NCBI GenBank assembly: GCA_950097015.1
Contig: CATNEN010000001.1
Location: 20,584,001-20,648,000 of the forward strand
Direction: 5' to 3'
DNA: 64,000 nucleotides
From: Macrostomum hystrix
Taxonomy: Eukaryota > Animalia > Platyhelminthes
Part shown: positions 25,501 to 38,100 of the stretch, in pieces
Layout: every line of letters starts with the position of its first letter
How positions within the stretch are numbered: the first letter of the stretch is position 1
Program-made: the position numbers and the translations under genes
The notes under the pieces: generated by a model
Told to the model about the DNA's origin: nothing
Database searches by the model: none
The model's input: only the letters and a program-made list of their open reading frames with translations

Positions 25501-28500
25501 CACTGAGGTGGTGGGTGACTTCACTGAGGTGGCGGGTGACTTCACTGAGGTGGTGGGTGACTTCACTGAGGTGGCGGGTGACTTCACTGAGGTGGTGGGT
25601 GACTTCACTGAGGTGGTGGGTTACTTCACTGAAGTGTTGGGTTACTTCACTGAGGTGGCGGGTGACTACACTGAGGTGGTGGGTGACTTCACTGATGAGG
25701 CGGGTGAATTCTCTGAAGTGTTGGGTTACTTCACTGAGGTGGTGAGTGACTTCACTGAGGTGGTGGGTGACTTCACTGAGGTGGTGGGTGACTTCACTGA
25801 AGTGTTGGGTTACTTCACTGAGGTGGTGGGTGACTTCACTGAGGTGGTGGGTGACTTCACTGAGGTGGCGGGTGACTTCACTGAGGTGGTGGGTGACTTC
25901 ACTGAGGTGGCGGGTGACTTCACTGAGGTGGTGGGTGACTTCACTGAGGTGGTGGGTTACTTCACTGAAGTGTTGGGTTACTTCACTGAGGTGGCGGGTG
26001 ACTACACTGAGGTGGTGGGTGACTTCACTGATGAGGCGGGTGACTTCACTGAGGTGGCGGGTGACTTCACTGAGGTGGTGAGTGACTTCACTGAAGTGTT
26101 GGGTTACTTCACTGAGGTGGTGGGTGACTTCACTGAGGTGGCGGGTGACTTCACTTAAGTGTTGGGTTACTTCACTGAGGTGGTGGGTGACTTCACTGAG
26201 GTGGTGAGTGACTTCAATGAAGTGTTGGGTTACTTCACTGAGGTGGTGAGTGACTTCACTGAGGTGGTGGGTGACTTCACTGAGGTGGTGGGTGACTTCA
26301 CTGAGGTGGTGGGTTACTTCACTGAGGTGGTGGGTGACTTCACTGAGGTGGCGGGTGACTTCACTGAGGTGGCGGGTGACTTCACTGAGGTGGTGGGTGA
26401 CTTCACTGAGGTGGTGGGTTACTTCACTGAAGTGTTGGGTTACTTCACTGAAGTGTTGGGTTACTTCACTGAGGTGGCGGGTGACTTCACTGAGGTGGTG
26501 GGTGACTTCACTGAGGTGGTGGGTTACTTCACTGAAGTGTTGGGTTACTTCACTGAAGTGTTGGGTTACTTCACTGAGGTGGCGGGTGACTTCACTGAGG
26601 TGGTGGGTGACTTCACTGATGAGGCGGGTGACTTCACTGAGGTGGCGGGTGACTTCACTGAGGTGGTGAGTGACTTCACTGAAGTGTTGGGTTACTTCAC
26701 TGAAGTGTTGGGTTACTTCACTGAAGTGTTGGGTTACTTCACTGAGGTGGTGGGTGACTTCACTGAGGTGGCGGGTGACTTCACTTAAGTGTTGGGTTAC
26801 TTCACTGAGGTGGCGGGTGACTTCACTGAGGTGGTGGGTTACTTCACTGAGGTGGTGGGTGACTTCACTGAAGTGTTGGGTTACTTCACTGAAGTGGCGG
26901 GTGACTTCACTGAGGTGGCGGGTGACTTCACTGAGGTGGCGGGTGACTTCACTGAGGTGGTGGGTGACTTCACTGAGGTGGTGAGTGACTTCACTGAGGT
27001 GGTGGCTGACTTCACTGAGGTGGTGGGTGACTACACTGAGGTGGTGGGTGACTTCACTGAAGTGTTGGGTTACTTCACTGAAGTGGCGGGTGACTTCACT
27101 GAGGTGGCGGGTGACTTCACTGAGGTGGCGGGTGACTTCACTGAGGTGGTGGGTGACTTCACTGAGGTGGTGTGTGACTTCACTTATTCGCGTGGCAAAT
27201 TTTTGCTCCACAAGATATCTTCCAAATTTCATAGATGCGCTTTCAAAAAGGTACAAAGTACTTTCGAAAATTCGTTTCGAAGAGCTTCATTCAGGGAGTA
27301 TGCCAAAACATATTTTCCCCTCAATCCAGCGAAGGTCATTAATCACAAAAATCTGTCAGATTTAAAGCAGCTAGCTCAACTAGCACTTTAATTAAGAGTT
27401 GTACGAAATTTGATTGCACTCGATTCACCACAAGTATCTAGCTCGTAGCTACAATGTCTTCACATGAGCATTTCAAGTATAATCTTGTGCATTCTATCCC
27501 TCTTGGTTGGTAGAAAAAAATGAGAAAGCCTGTTTACCTGATGAAGCTACCATCTCGTGCTGAGGTCTTTGATCGTTCGCACTGGGACCATTGGCGGAAG
27601 TTGAGTACTTTCTCAAACTTCCGCCACCTGCTCCAGCTAGACGATGAGTTGAGCCGCTGAAAAATATGAAAATGAAGATTGTTAAAAGGTAATTCTTGTA
27701 CGATAGCTCACTGGCACAGGTGTGTGTTTAACTGCCATGACATTTTTAGTGCCAGTTATGTGCACTCTCATTGTGCCTAAAACACCCCGATGGGCGTCAA
27801 CTGCATGGCATGCGACCTCGCTGCGGAATTCAAACTGTTAAACCCACAAGATAACACAGACGGTTGACCTTCAGGTAGTAGCTGCCAAATAACTATTATT
27901 GATCGAACTGAGCAACAGCAAGATCCCACAATCACAAGAATGTCCCACCTTGGCTCACGAAGATCCCACAATCACAAGAATTTCCCAGCTTGGCTCACGA
28001 AGATCCCACAATCACAAGAATTTCCCAGCTTGGCTCACGAAGATCCCACAATCAAAAGAATGTCCCCAGCATGGCTCACAATCCTGTCGAAGATGTCCCT
28101 GCCGAGTTTGAGCCGCTTAAACCGCTTGACGTCGACGAGCTGGCGCCGAGATCCTCCCAGTAGGCTTTGAGGCGCTGAAACCGCTCTGTTAGAAATGAAA
28201 GGACAATGGGTATGTAACAGGTGAGATTATTTGATTATTTATATTATTTGTCTTCAGTTTAAACAATTTTAAAGCAAGCTCATTTGAAAGTAAAGTTTAT
28301 ATACGAGCATCATGTTAGAAAATACGATTTTTATCTGAAGCTTGTGTGATGATAAGAATATTCTGGACCGTTTTACACAGCGAAGAAATATTGGGAAAAA
28401 AACTAATGAAGCTTGAAATTAGGTTAGCTGAACAAAAGTGAGAAAACCGATGTCACTTTAAACAAAAGTACAAAAAATGTTCAATGGATAAAGCGAAATA

Positions 28501-29207
28501 GAAGCTATCTTTTTTGTTGATTTAAAAAACCATAAACAGACACTTCACAATGTACGAACAGCCTTTAATGGTCATAATGCTGGCTGTTGTTAATAATGTT
28601 GAACATCATTTAAATGATACCAGTTTTACCCCAGTTTTAACTCGCATACTTTTGAAAGTGAAAGACTTGACTATTAGAAGCATGCTTGCAGTGCTTATCA
28701 AAGCTGTGCTCATCGTTTCGAATAAAAAGGTTCAGAAAATAAAATGCATGATTTAGTGCAAACAGCTCGCTAGATACTGCTTGTCTTTCGTTTAGTTCAC
28801 TGTAGATTGTACTCGTACAAGATCTTCAAGACCTCATTCAAGCGTTGCATGCACTTTAAAGGGACTGCAGCCCTAGATCCTTATTTGCGCAGTTGCATTT
28901 TGTAATAACTTAAAATACTTAAAACGCTCCATGATTTGTTTGCTCAAATAGAAACTCGGTGAGCTCAACCTTGCCTTCGTGTTTCACTTTCTGCTGCTGC
29001 GGCTGCTGCTGCTGCTGCTGCTGCTGACTGGCTGTCGACTTGGATTCTCCTATGAAGTCGTTTTTAGAAGAAGCAGCCAGACATCATTTTGAAATCATGA
29101 TTTTATTAACAAGATGGATTGAAACGCCAAGGTAAGATTGAATCAATGAAATCGTTGCAGAGAATTAGCTAAAAATTCTTACCTGATATCTGCGAGAACT
29201 TCGGCAT
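18504..29207 (-). CDS. Ephexin/SGEF-like RhoGEF (DH-PH-SH3). Firm exons: 22882-22789, 22694-22387, 22314-22139, 20976-20532, 20410-20244, 20090-19711, 18664-18504. Probable 5' exons: 29207-29183, 29049-~28970, ~28185-28080, 27656-27538, ~23656-23516, 23420-23362, 23251-23194
   Basis: DH start KLQEAQFEIITSEASYYKNL, FSNIVDI, CRRISMQSYLEMPMKRV; PH LHAFSDLLIVSKPK; SH3 AEVIRAYAAQQKDDLELRPGDIVNIYKKTEDGWFLG..RGWFPGSHV. The 3' junction phases all match. The 5' part has one phase conflict (see findings). Confidence 0.85.
18674..19640. repeat. 15/16-bp minisatellite (CATGGGAGAGATGGA grading into the reverse complement of the TCTCATCTCTCCCGTG family)
   Basis: Direct reading; fills the last RhoGEF intron. 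Confidence 0.95.
22896..23153. repeat. 30-bp minisatellite ATGATGGGTCAGGTGAGTGAGGTGAAGCTC
   Basis: Direct reading, about 8.5 copies. Confidence 0.95.
25247..27185. repeat. 21-bp minisatellite GAGGTGGTGGGTGACTTCACT, about 92 copies
   Basis: Direct reading; variant patterns recur at 315 and 630 bp spacing. Confidence 0.95.
27920..28079. repeat. 40-bp tandem repeat x4
   Basis: AAGATCCCACAATC at 27920, 27960, 28000 and 28040. Confidence 0.92.
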
Positions 29208-29969
29208 GTTGGCTTCAGAATTGTCTTATAAAAAAGCTACCATGGGGGCAGTAGTTTCAGTTGCTATTCTTTGTATTTTGTCTAGATCATTGAAACAATT
29301 GGCTTCTCCAAGCTTATTGCTGATCAATGAATGACACGCGAGTGCGTTGAGCTCTGATTCTGCAATGGACCATAGGAGACAGTATAGTTGGTATTCAAGT
29401 TTTATTCATTTCTTGCCCAAGCTGTTTAACATTAAGCCATGCAAGACAGAAGAGCGAGAGAAGAAAGAGTTTGGAAGCGGAGAGAGAGATCGGAGGAGAG
29501 AAGTGTACACCAACGGCTTGACAAGAATGTACGCCTCATGCTGTCTCTACTCAGCGGCTTGGAGCTGATTGTGAATGTGCAAAGTCTAGATTTGGAATGC
29601 GGAATGGGACAGAGGGGGAGAGAAATGAGTCGACCAAATGTCGCATGCGACCGTAGAGAGTGTACAGTCTAGGTGTGGACGGTTTTGAATGGTCCATGTC
29701 CGCGCTCACTTACTCGCCTCAGTCCGACCCCGTACTTACTCAGGCTGGACCGGAAATAGACATGTAGATCATTTTCTGAGGAAATGCGTAACTATCGTTG
29801 CACAGCACGGCGCCTACGTTTTTTGTAAAGTCAAAAAACTTTTCTGTTGACTATTTTTCATAATTATTTCCACCTAACTGCGTTAAACTGCGCTTAAAAC
29901 TAAGGAGTAGTACTGAGTCGGAAGAAAACTGGATTGAATCTTAGGGAGATTGAGGGGAGATAAATAGAA

Positions 29970-30398
29970 CATTGTAGGGGAGAGAGTGGGAAGATTGTAG
30001 GGGAGAGAGTGGGAAGATTGTGGGAGAGAGTGGGAAGATTGTTGGGGAGAGAGTGAGAAGATTCTGTGGGAGATAGTGGGAAGATTGTTGGGGAGATAGT
30101 GGCAAGATTGTAGGGTAGGGAGTGGGAAGATTGTGGGAGAGAGTGGGAAGATTGTTGGGGAGAGAGTGAGAAGATTCTGGGGGAGATAGTGGGAAGATTG
30201 TTGGGGAGATAGTGGCAAGATTGTAGGGTAGGGAGTGGGAAGATTGTGGGGAGAGAATGGGAAGATTGTGGGGGAATAGAGTGGGAAGATTTTTGGGGAG
30301 AGAGTGGGAAGATTGTAGGGGAGAGAGTGGGAAGATTGTGGGGGGAGAGTGGGAAGATTGTAGGGGAGAGTGGGAAGATTGTGGGGGAGAGAGTGGGG
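29970..30398. repeat. About 21-23-bp purine-rich minisatellite GGGAGAGAGTGGGAAGATTGT
   Basis: Direct reading. Confidence 0.92.
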
Positions 30399-31071
30399 AT
30401 AATATTAAAATAGTGAGTAGAGTTCTTTATAAAAATGCTCAGATCAAAGCTGAGTTGCGCTCATTATTTCTGAGTATTGTCGTTTTCCTCTACTGAACAA
30501 GCGGAAATCCCAACCGTGTAACTAAAAATAATTGAAGATCTATTTCCTAGTTACGCATGAGTACAAGAGCATGAGTACAAGAGTCCATGTCGGCCTAGTA
30601 GTCTAATACACCTTAAAGGCTCGTCTAGGCTGTTTCGCAGAGAATTGCCCTGAGTCGAGCATCCCATTTTGAGGCGCTGATCCCAACGATGATGAGAGAC
30701 GGGCAGATTCGCTAAGAAAATCTGCTTTTAAGCTTACCAGGCTGAGGGGATTAAACTCCCCTTTTCTCGAGACGCGGATTTTCGGCGAGTAACCTTCCTT
30801 TTTTGCGTGCTACGCTCGAAATGAGGAGAATGGAGGTTAAAAGTTTCATGCATTTCCACGGGAAAATTCGCAATTTGAAGCAATCAGATTTGCAGCTAAT
30901 TTGCTTCTGCAGTTGTTGTGTAATGTGTAGTCGAATTTCAGGTAGGCGACCCATCTCAAAATGCAAATAATTCTGAACTGAATGTCAAAAACTGAGTCTT
31001 CTTTTGCACCTCAGTTGAGTACTTAAAATTCCTCGTCCTCTTTGATCAAAACAGATTCTTTAGGGATCTTA

Positions 31072-31441
31072 GTAGGTGATAGCCAGGTGAGTAGAGGATA
31101 GCCAGGTGAGTAGCGGATAGCCAGGTGAGTAGAGGATAGCCAGGTGAGTAGCGGATAGCCAGGTGAGTAGAGGATAGCCAGGTGAGTAGAGGATAGCCAG
31201 GTGAGTAGAGGATAGCCAGGTGAGTAGAGGATAGCCAGGTGAGTAGAGGATAGCCAGGTGAGTAGAGGATAGCCACGTGACTTAGGGAAAGCCAAGTGAG
31301 TAGGGCATAGCCAGTGTGAGTAGGTGATACACAGGTGAGTAGGGCATAGCCAGGTGAGTAGGGCATAGCTAGGTGAGTAGGGCATAGCTAGATGAGTAGG
31401 GCATAGCCCGGTGAGTAGGTGATCCTCAGGTGAGTAGGTGA
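31072..31441. repeat. 19-bp minisatellite GGATAGCCAGGTGAGTAGA
   Basis: Direct reading. Confidence 0.95.
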
Positions 31442-32199
31442 CCTACAATAGATAACAAGTGGTGAAAATTGCAGAAGGAACCCCCAAAACATCACACGAA
31501 TGATGCCTTGGCATTGCTGTTGGCATCGCGAATCGAGTATAAAAAACCAGCAGGAATTTTGCAATAGATTTCACGTTTCCGCTGTTAGGCGCAGGTACGA
31601 GTAATAGTGTAACCCCCAGCGCACCAGTCCTGTGTTTTGGCCTCGTTCAAGCCGCATTTTTAGCACGCTAATTTATGCAAGCAAAGGACAGACACGCACT
31701 CTCAGCCAGACAGAAAGCGAGAGACTCTGAGGCAAGTCTGAGAGCTGGGGGGAAACAGAATTTGGGAGGCGAGAGGGAGGGCGAGAGGCGGAAGCTCATT
31801 GTCACGCTTAGTCGGGCGTCAACGCCGCCACCAGCTAGCAGTTTCTGCTGACGGCCTTCGCAGCGTGAGTATAGACTCGTGGGCCGAGAGTTTGAGGCGC
31901 GTGTCTCAGCGAGAAATACGAAGCGAGTATAGGAAGGAGGAAAGCACAGCGAGTCCACTGAGTCCACACGGCTAAGGGGAAGTCTGGCCGTGTTTATTCA
32001 CCTTCCACCATTGGCTGAGGCTGCGTCGGTCAAATCCTCCAACTTAGGGAAGGGGTGTGGCGGATGAACGTCCCACTTCCTCTAGGAGCTTTCTCTTGCG
32101 GCTCAAACGGTCCTTTAAAAATCTTTGCTTGTTCAATCCTCGGTTGAGTTATTTGCGCTGTCAGGCTGACCAAACCGGCGGAGGTGCTAATTGCTACTC

Positions 32200-35100
32200 A
32201 TGCACAGCGGGCACAACAACAACTGTCGCAGCGATGGCTCCAGCAGAGGAAGAGGAAGACATTGTGCTCAGCTCGGCAGCGAAGAACAGCAGGAGTCCTC
32301 AGACACCGCCGCGGTGTCTAGGCCAGTTTTCTGCTGCTGCGGCCCAGGTAGGAAGCGCTACCTGATAGCCCTGCTCTGCTGCATTGGCCTCACTGTTGTC
32401 ATCGGCATGCGAGCGGAGATGGTTGCCATCATGGACTACCTGAACAAGCAGTCCAATGTCACGGCCGCGCTGTCTCGGTCAAGCGTCAGTGGCGGCATCT
32501 TCCAGCCGAATGCTCACCGCCAGATGCCCTGGCAGAACACCGCTAACGACCTGATTGAGAATTCCGTGTTCATCGGCTATCTGGTGGCCAGCCCTGTTGG
32601 CGGTTACCTGACGGTACATCACGACAGCTCCCTGTTGCTGGGCTGCTCCGTAGCTCTCACCTGCGGCCTGAACTTGTTTCTCCCACTCGTCACTCAAATA
32701 GCGGCGGACATTTCAGCGTCAATTGCGGTGATTGTGGTGCTCCGCCTGTTGCAGGGCCTGGCTGAGGGCTGCCTCATACCTGCTGTGTTTGGCGTGATGC
32801 GCTTCTGGGGCCCGGAGGGCGAGCGATCATCGCTGTTGTGCTTCGCCGTCATCGGGGTTTCCCTGGGCCCGCTGATCGGCCTGCCGGTGTGCCAGGAGAT
32901 TGAGAACCACTGGGGCTGGGCCGTTGTGTTCTACATCTACGCCAACATTGGCCTGATCTGGTGCATCTTCTGGTGGAGGCTGATCGACGAGAAGCCGATG
33001 AAGGACAAGAACCTGGGCAAGCAGGAGCGGCAGTACCTGGAATCCACGGTCACTAAAAAGGTCTTGTACGCGCATCGACGACTCAAAGTGCCCTGGAAGG
33101 AGATCTTCAAGTCGCGGCAGGTGTACGCCATATTTTTCACCTACGCAGCCGATGACTGGACCTTCCAGATCAGCTCGGTGTGCATGCAGAGCTACTACCA
33201 CCAGATGTACAAGACCAACGTCGGACACACGATATTTCTGCTCTCGTTTCCATTTCTGGCCAGGTCATTGTTTGTTCCAATAGGTAAGATAACAACCTGC
33301 GCTGAGGCAGTTTCGCCCTTTCGCTGATTCCACAGCAAATATGTTCAGTACATGCACATGTATACATTCACACGCACACACTAACGCGCATATGTATCTA
33401 TGGGGTCTGCAATTAAGGCCTTTTATTGCGCGCCTTAAATGTCTATGGCCACGACTCGCCATATTTGTCTTTCTAAACAGCCATAGACACTTGAAGCGGC
33501 TAGCGTATTACTGCACACTCGGACTAAATCATTGTTGCGACTGTCTATGGACTATGGGTAAGATGCGCTTCAGATCAAGCAATGTTAGTGGAGAATGTCT
33601 ATATCGTGCACCAATTGTCTATAGCATTTTAGCAAAACATTCTCTACTACAACATTGGCAGATCACGGCGACTTTAGTGTGGTCTATCTCAATCTCAACC
33701 CCCCTAACCTTAAGAATGAGAATCAGATGTGCGGTAGATTTATTACAACTAAAAGCGTAGTTAAAACTATTAGCAGCCAAAATATTGTGCGGAGAATAAT
33801 TTTTAACTTCTAGACGAACCCGCTAAAGCAAAGCAGAAAAAAACTAATAAATATTTACACAGTCGTAGTGAAAACTAATAAATTATCATTCAGTCATTTA
33901 TTGAGCTCAAATACTATATATAAGCCAGGGGTAGTCAGCGAGGCCAACTTATTTTCTGCTGGCTTCAGAAGTCCCCCCAAATCCAAATCGAGGTCGAGTT
34001 TGCCCAGCAATTAATCAAGTTGAACAGACGCGGGATACCATTGCTCGGTCGGTATCTCTGGGAAAAAATGCTGAGCAGATGCAGCATGAAAGTCAAGCTT
34101 GTGCTCTTACTTATATGAGACCGATTACTGGTTAGCAGGGATTGTGAAGTGCTTAAACCAGACGAGAGGGAGAAACGAAAGTGAAAGCATTTTAATCGAC
34201 TATTGGGCCGCTAATGAAAGAATGCTATAGAACTCAATTCAAGCCACAGAAGTTATTCACCTGCTCAAGTAAGGTAAACATAACTCTAATAGGATGCCCA
34301 GAAGCTTATTCGAAAGTGAGGCTAGATACTGCAGTCAGAATACTGTACTCAGAGTCGGTCTGTCCGCCATTTTGTTGTAACAGGTTCCATGTTGGATTCG
34401 CATTGTCAGTTCTAAGAAATCACACACACAGGGACATTACCCAAGCATTCGGAGTGGGCGGGAATCTCGCAGTGAAGTCGCCTTCGGGATCCAGTGTGCT
34501 TGACAGGGGCAGCTAGCGGCATGTTCAATAATGCATGACCGGCGCTGCCTTGCAGAGACTCCCGCAGTGGAGTGTTCTGAGTGAGTTCAGCTCGCTCGTT
34601 CACTCCAATATAACGGAGGGAGCATTGCTGTAGAGGAGCAGTCCTCTAAGACAGAAAAAACTTTGCATTGCTTTATTCGGCCATGTTTTCATGCATGTTT
34701 ACTTTTTCCACTCCGGGAAGGTGGGGAACACAAGTAGGTCTCACCCGGATCCAGAGCAGCTCAGTCAGGTACATTATACTTTGCTCACTCCTTCTCCGCA
34801 TTTGTTTTCCCCAGTTGGGAAAAATATCAACACGGTATTTTTGTGTGAATTTCCGCACTGCTGTTCTGATGGCTACACCAAGTCGCAAAAGCCTCTCGAA
34901 TGTACAGATGACATCTGTCCAAAGAGCTGTTTTGTATTTCCAGAAATAAGCTCAGTAATATTCATACTATTGGGGGTCGGTGGCAGAGCGGTTATCGCTT
35001 TTGCCTCTCGCACCAGGGTCCCTAAGTTCGATTCCACGGCGAGGCCACATTTATTTGGGGCGTAGCCGCGGAGAGAAGGCTTGAGGGCTTGTCGTGCAAT

Positions 35101-38100
35101 TTACGCCCTTGAGGGCCAACCTCCAAGGCACAGTGAGAGTGTACACTGCCTGACAATGAGAAAGTCAGGGCAGATATACACACCTGTGTGAGCGTATGCC
35201 TGCGTACAGTATCTGTGTGCGTGTGTGCTCAGGAGCCAGCGAAATGGGCAGAATTGCACTAAATGATGTGCCATTGCCCGCAGCCCTCCTGCAATTATTA
35301 TTATTATAATTTTTCATGCTAGTTTGCAACTTGCGCCCTAAGAATGGGCAGAACAGTGCCGTGCTGGCTGCGGGTCTACTGCCACCAACTTGTGTCTGTG
35401 ACCACAGCCCAATTCGTGGCTTTGAACGAGATTCACCTGTATTTATGATTGCAGGCGGTTGTCTCGCCGACTTCCTGAAGCTGCGCACGAGCCTTCAGTG
35501 GACCACCATTCGCAAGCTGCTGGCTGGCTTGGGCTTCGGACTGAAGGCCATCTTCTTTGTCGCATTGGGCTTTGCTAATGATGCATTTTGGGCAACTATT
35601 CTGCTCTCTGGAGCACTGGGTGAGTAGCGAGTAGCAATGGCTTCGGCTCCAATGGTATCCAACATAGCCACCGAATATCCCAAGGCCGAGCACGCTTTCT
35701 GAAACTTCATCGCTGCAGGAAATCCAAAATCCCAAACTCAGTCTAAACCCTTAATCCCCAAGATAAAATCTACAACCTATTCTCACTGCTCAGCTTCAAT
35801 CTCGATCTTGTCCAACCAGAGTGTGTTTAATTTCTGGGTTATAAAAATTCTACTTTTTACTGCCAGTTCGGTGATAATCAACGCTTGGGATCCCATGTTG
35901 AGAATGGGACTCCATTGGTGTTCTCCGTAGAACAGTAGAAGGACAACGGAGGTTTTTCAAATACTCACGTTGGTCTTTTTTATGTTTCTCCAATTTTTTT
36001 CCACAGATCGACATGAACTCCACACCTCTACAGTTTCTTGTAAAAAAATGCGAGTACTCAGAACAGTATTTTACTGCGAGTACTCACAACAGTATTTTAC
36101 TGCGAGTACTCAGAACAGTATTTTACTGCGAGTACTCACAACAGTATTTTACTGCGAGTACTCAGAACAGTATTTTACTGCGAGTACTCAGAACAGTGTT
36201 TTACTGCGAGTACTCAGAACAGTGTTTTACTGCGAGTACTCAGAACAGTGTTTTACTGCGAGTACTCACAACAGTATTTTACTGCGAGTACTGAGAACAG
36301 TATTTTACTGCGAGTACTCAGAACAGTATTTTACTGCGAGTACTCAGAACAGTATTTTACTGCGAGTACTCAGAACAGTATTTTACTGCGAGTACTCAGA
36401 ACAGTGTTTTACTGCGAGTACTCAGAACAGTGTTTTACTGCGAGTTCTCAGAACAGTGTTTTACTGCGAGTACTCAGAACAGTGTTTTACTGCGAGTACT
36501 CAGAACAGTATTTTACTGCGAGTACTCAGAACAGTATTTTACTGCGAGTACTCAGAACAGTATTTTACTGCGAGTACTCAGAACAGTATTTTACTGCGAG
36601 TACTCAGAACAGTATTTTACTGCGAGTACTCAGAACAGTATTTTACTGCGAGTACTCAGAACAGTATTTTACTGCGAGTACTCAGAACAGTAGTTTACTG
36701 CGAGTACTCAGAACAGTGTTTTACTGCGAGTACTCACAACAGTGTTTTACTGCGAGTACTCAGAACAGTATTTTACTGCGAGTACTCAGAACAGTATTTT
36801 ACTGCGAGTACTCAGAACAGTATTTTACTGCGAGTACTCAGAACAGTGTTTTACTGCGAGTACTCAGAACAGTGTTTTACTGCGAGTACTCAGAACAGTA
36901 TTTTACTGCGAGTACTCAGAACAGTATTTTACTGCGAGTACTCAGAACAGTATTTTACTGCGAGTACTCAGAACAGTGTTTTACTGCGAGTACTCAGAAC
37001 AGTATTTTACTGCGAGTACTCAGAACAGTATTTTACTGCGAGTACTCAGAACAGTATTTTACTGCGAGTACTCAGAACAGTGTTTTACTGCGAGTACTCA
37101 GAACAGTGTTTTACTGCGAGTAAAGAACAGTATTTTACTGCGAGTACTCAGAACAGTGTTTTACTGCGAGTACTCAGAACAGTATTTTACTGCGAGTAAA
37201 GAACAGTATTTTACTGCGAGTACTCAGAACAGTGTTTTACTGCGAGTACTCACAACAGTATTTTACTGCGAGTACTGAGAACAGTATTTTACTGCGAGTA
37301 CTCAGAACAGTATTTTACTGCGAGTACTCAGAACAGTATTTTACTGCGAGTACTCAGAACAGTGTTTTACTGCGAGTACTCAGAACAGTATTTTACTGCG
37401 AGTACTCAGAACAGTGTTTTACTGCGAGTACTCAGAACAGTATTTTACTGCGAGTACTCAGAACAGTATTTTACTGCGAGTACTCAGAACAGTATTTTAC
37501 TGCGAGTACTCAGAACAGTATTTTACTGCGAGTACTCAGAACAGTATTTTACTGCGAGTACTCAGAACAGTATTTTACTGCGAGTACTCAGAACAGTATT
37601 TTACTGCGAGTACTCAGAACAGTATTTTACTGCGAGTACTCAGAACAGTATTTTACTGCGAGTACTCAGAACAGTAGTTTACTGCGAGTACTCAGAACAG
37701 TGTTTTACTGCGAGTACTCACAACAGTGTTTTACTGCGAGTACTCAGAACAGTATTTTACTGCGAGTACTCAGAACAGTATTTTACTGCGAGTACTCAGA
37801 ACAGTATTTTACTGCGAGTACTCAGAACAGTGTTTTACTGCGAGTACTCAGAACAGTATTTTACTGCGAGTACTCAGAACAGTGTTTTACTGCGAGTACT
37901 CAGAACAGTATTTTACTGCGAGTACTCAGAACAGTATTTTACTGCGAGTACTCAGAACAGTATTTTACTGCGAGTACTCAGAACAGTATTTTACTGCGAG
38001 TACTCAGAACAGTGTTTTACTGCGAGTAAAGAACAGTATTTTACTGCGAGTACTCAGAACAGTATTTTACTGCGAGTACTCAGAACAGTATTTTACTGCG

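Noticed and set aside
32827-33228. Antisense and alternate-frame ORFs over real exons (also 45675-46244, 14819-15372, 20596-21101)
   Set aside because: Shadow ORFs expected from GC3-rich codon usage.
33700-34656. Telomerase RNA (CCCTAACC near 33702 plus P6.1-like GAG-TTCAG-CTC and H/ACA-like end)
   Set aside because: The template match is only 8 nt and about 950 nt upstream, no pseudoknot was found, and the loop lacks the conserved G; kept only as a generic structured element.
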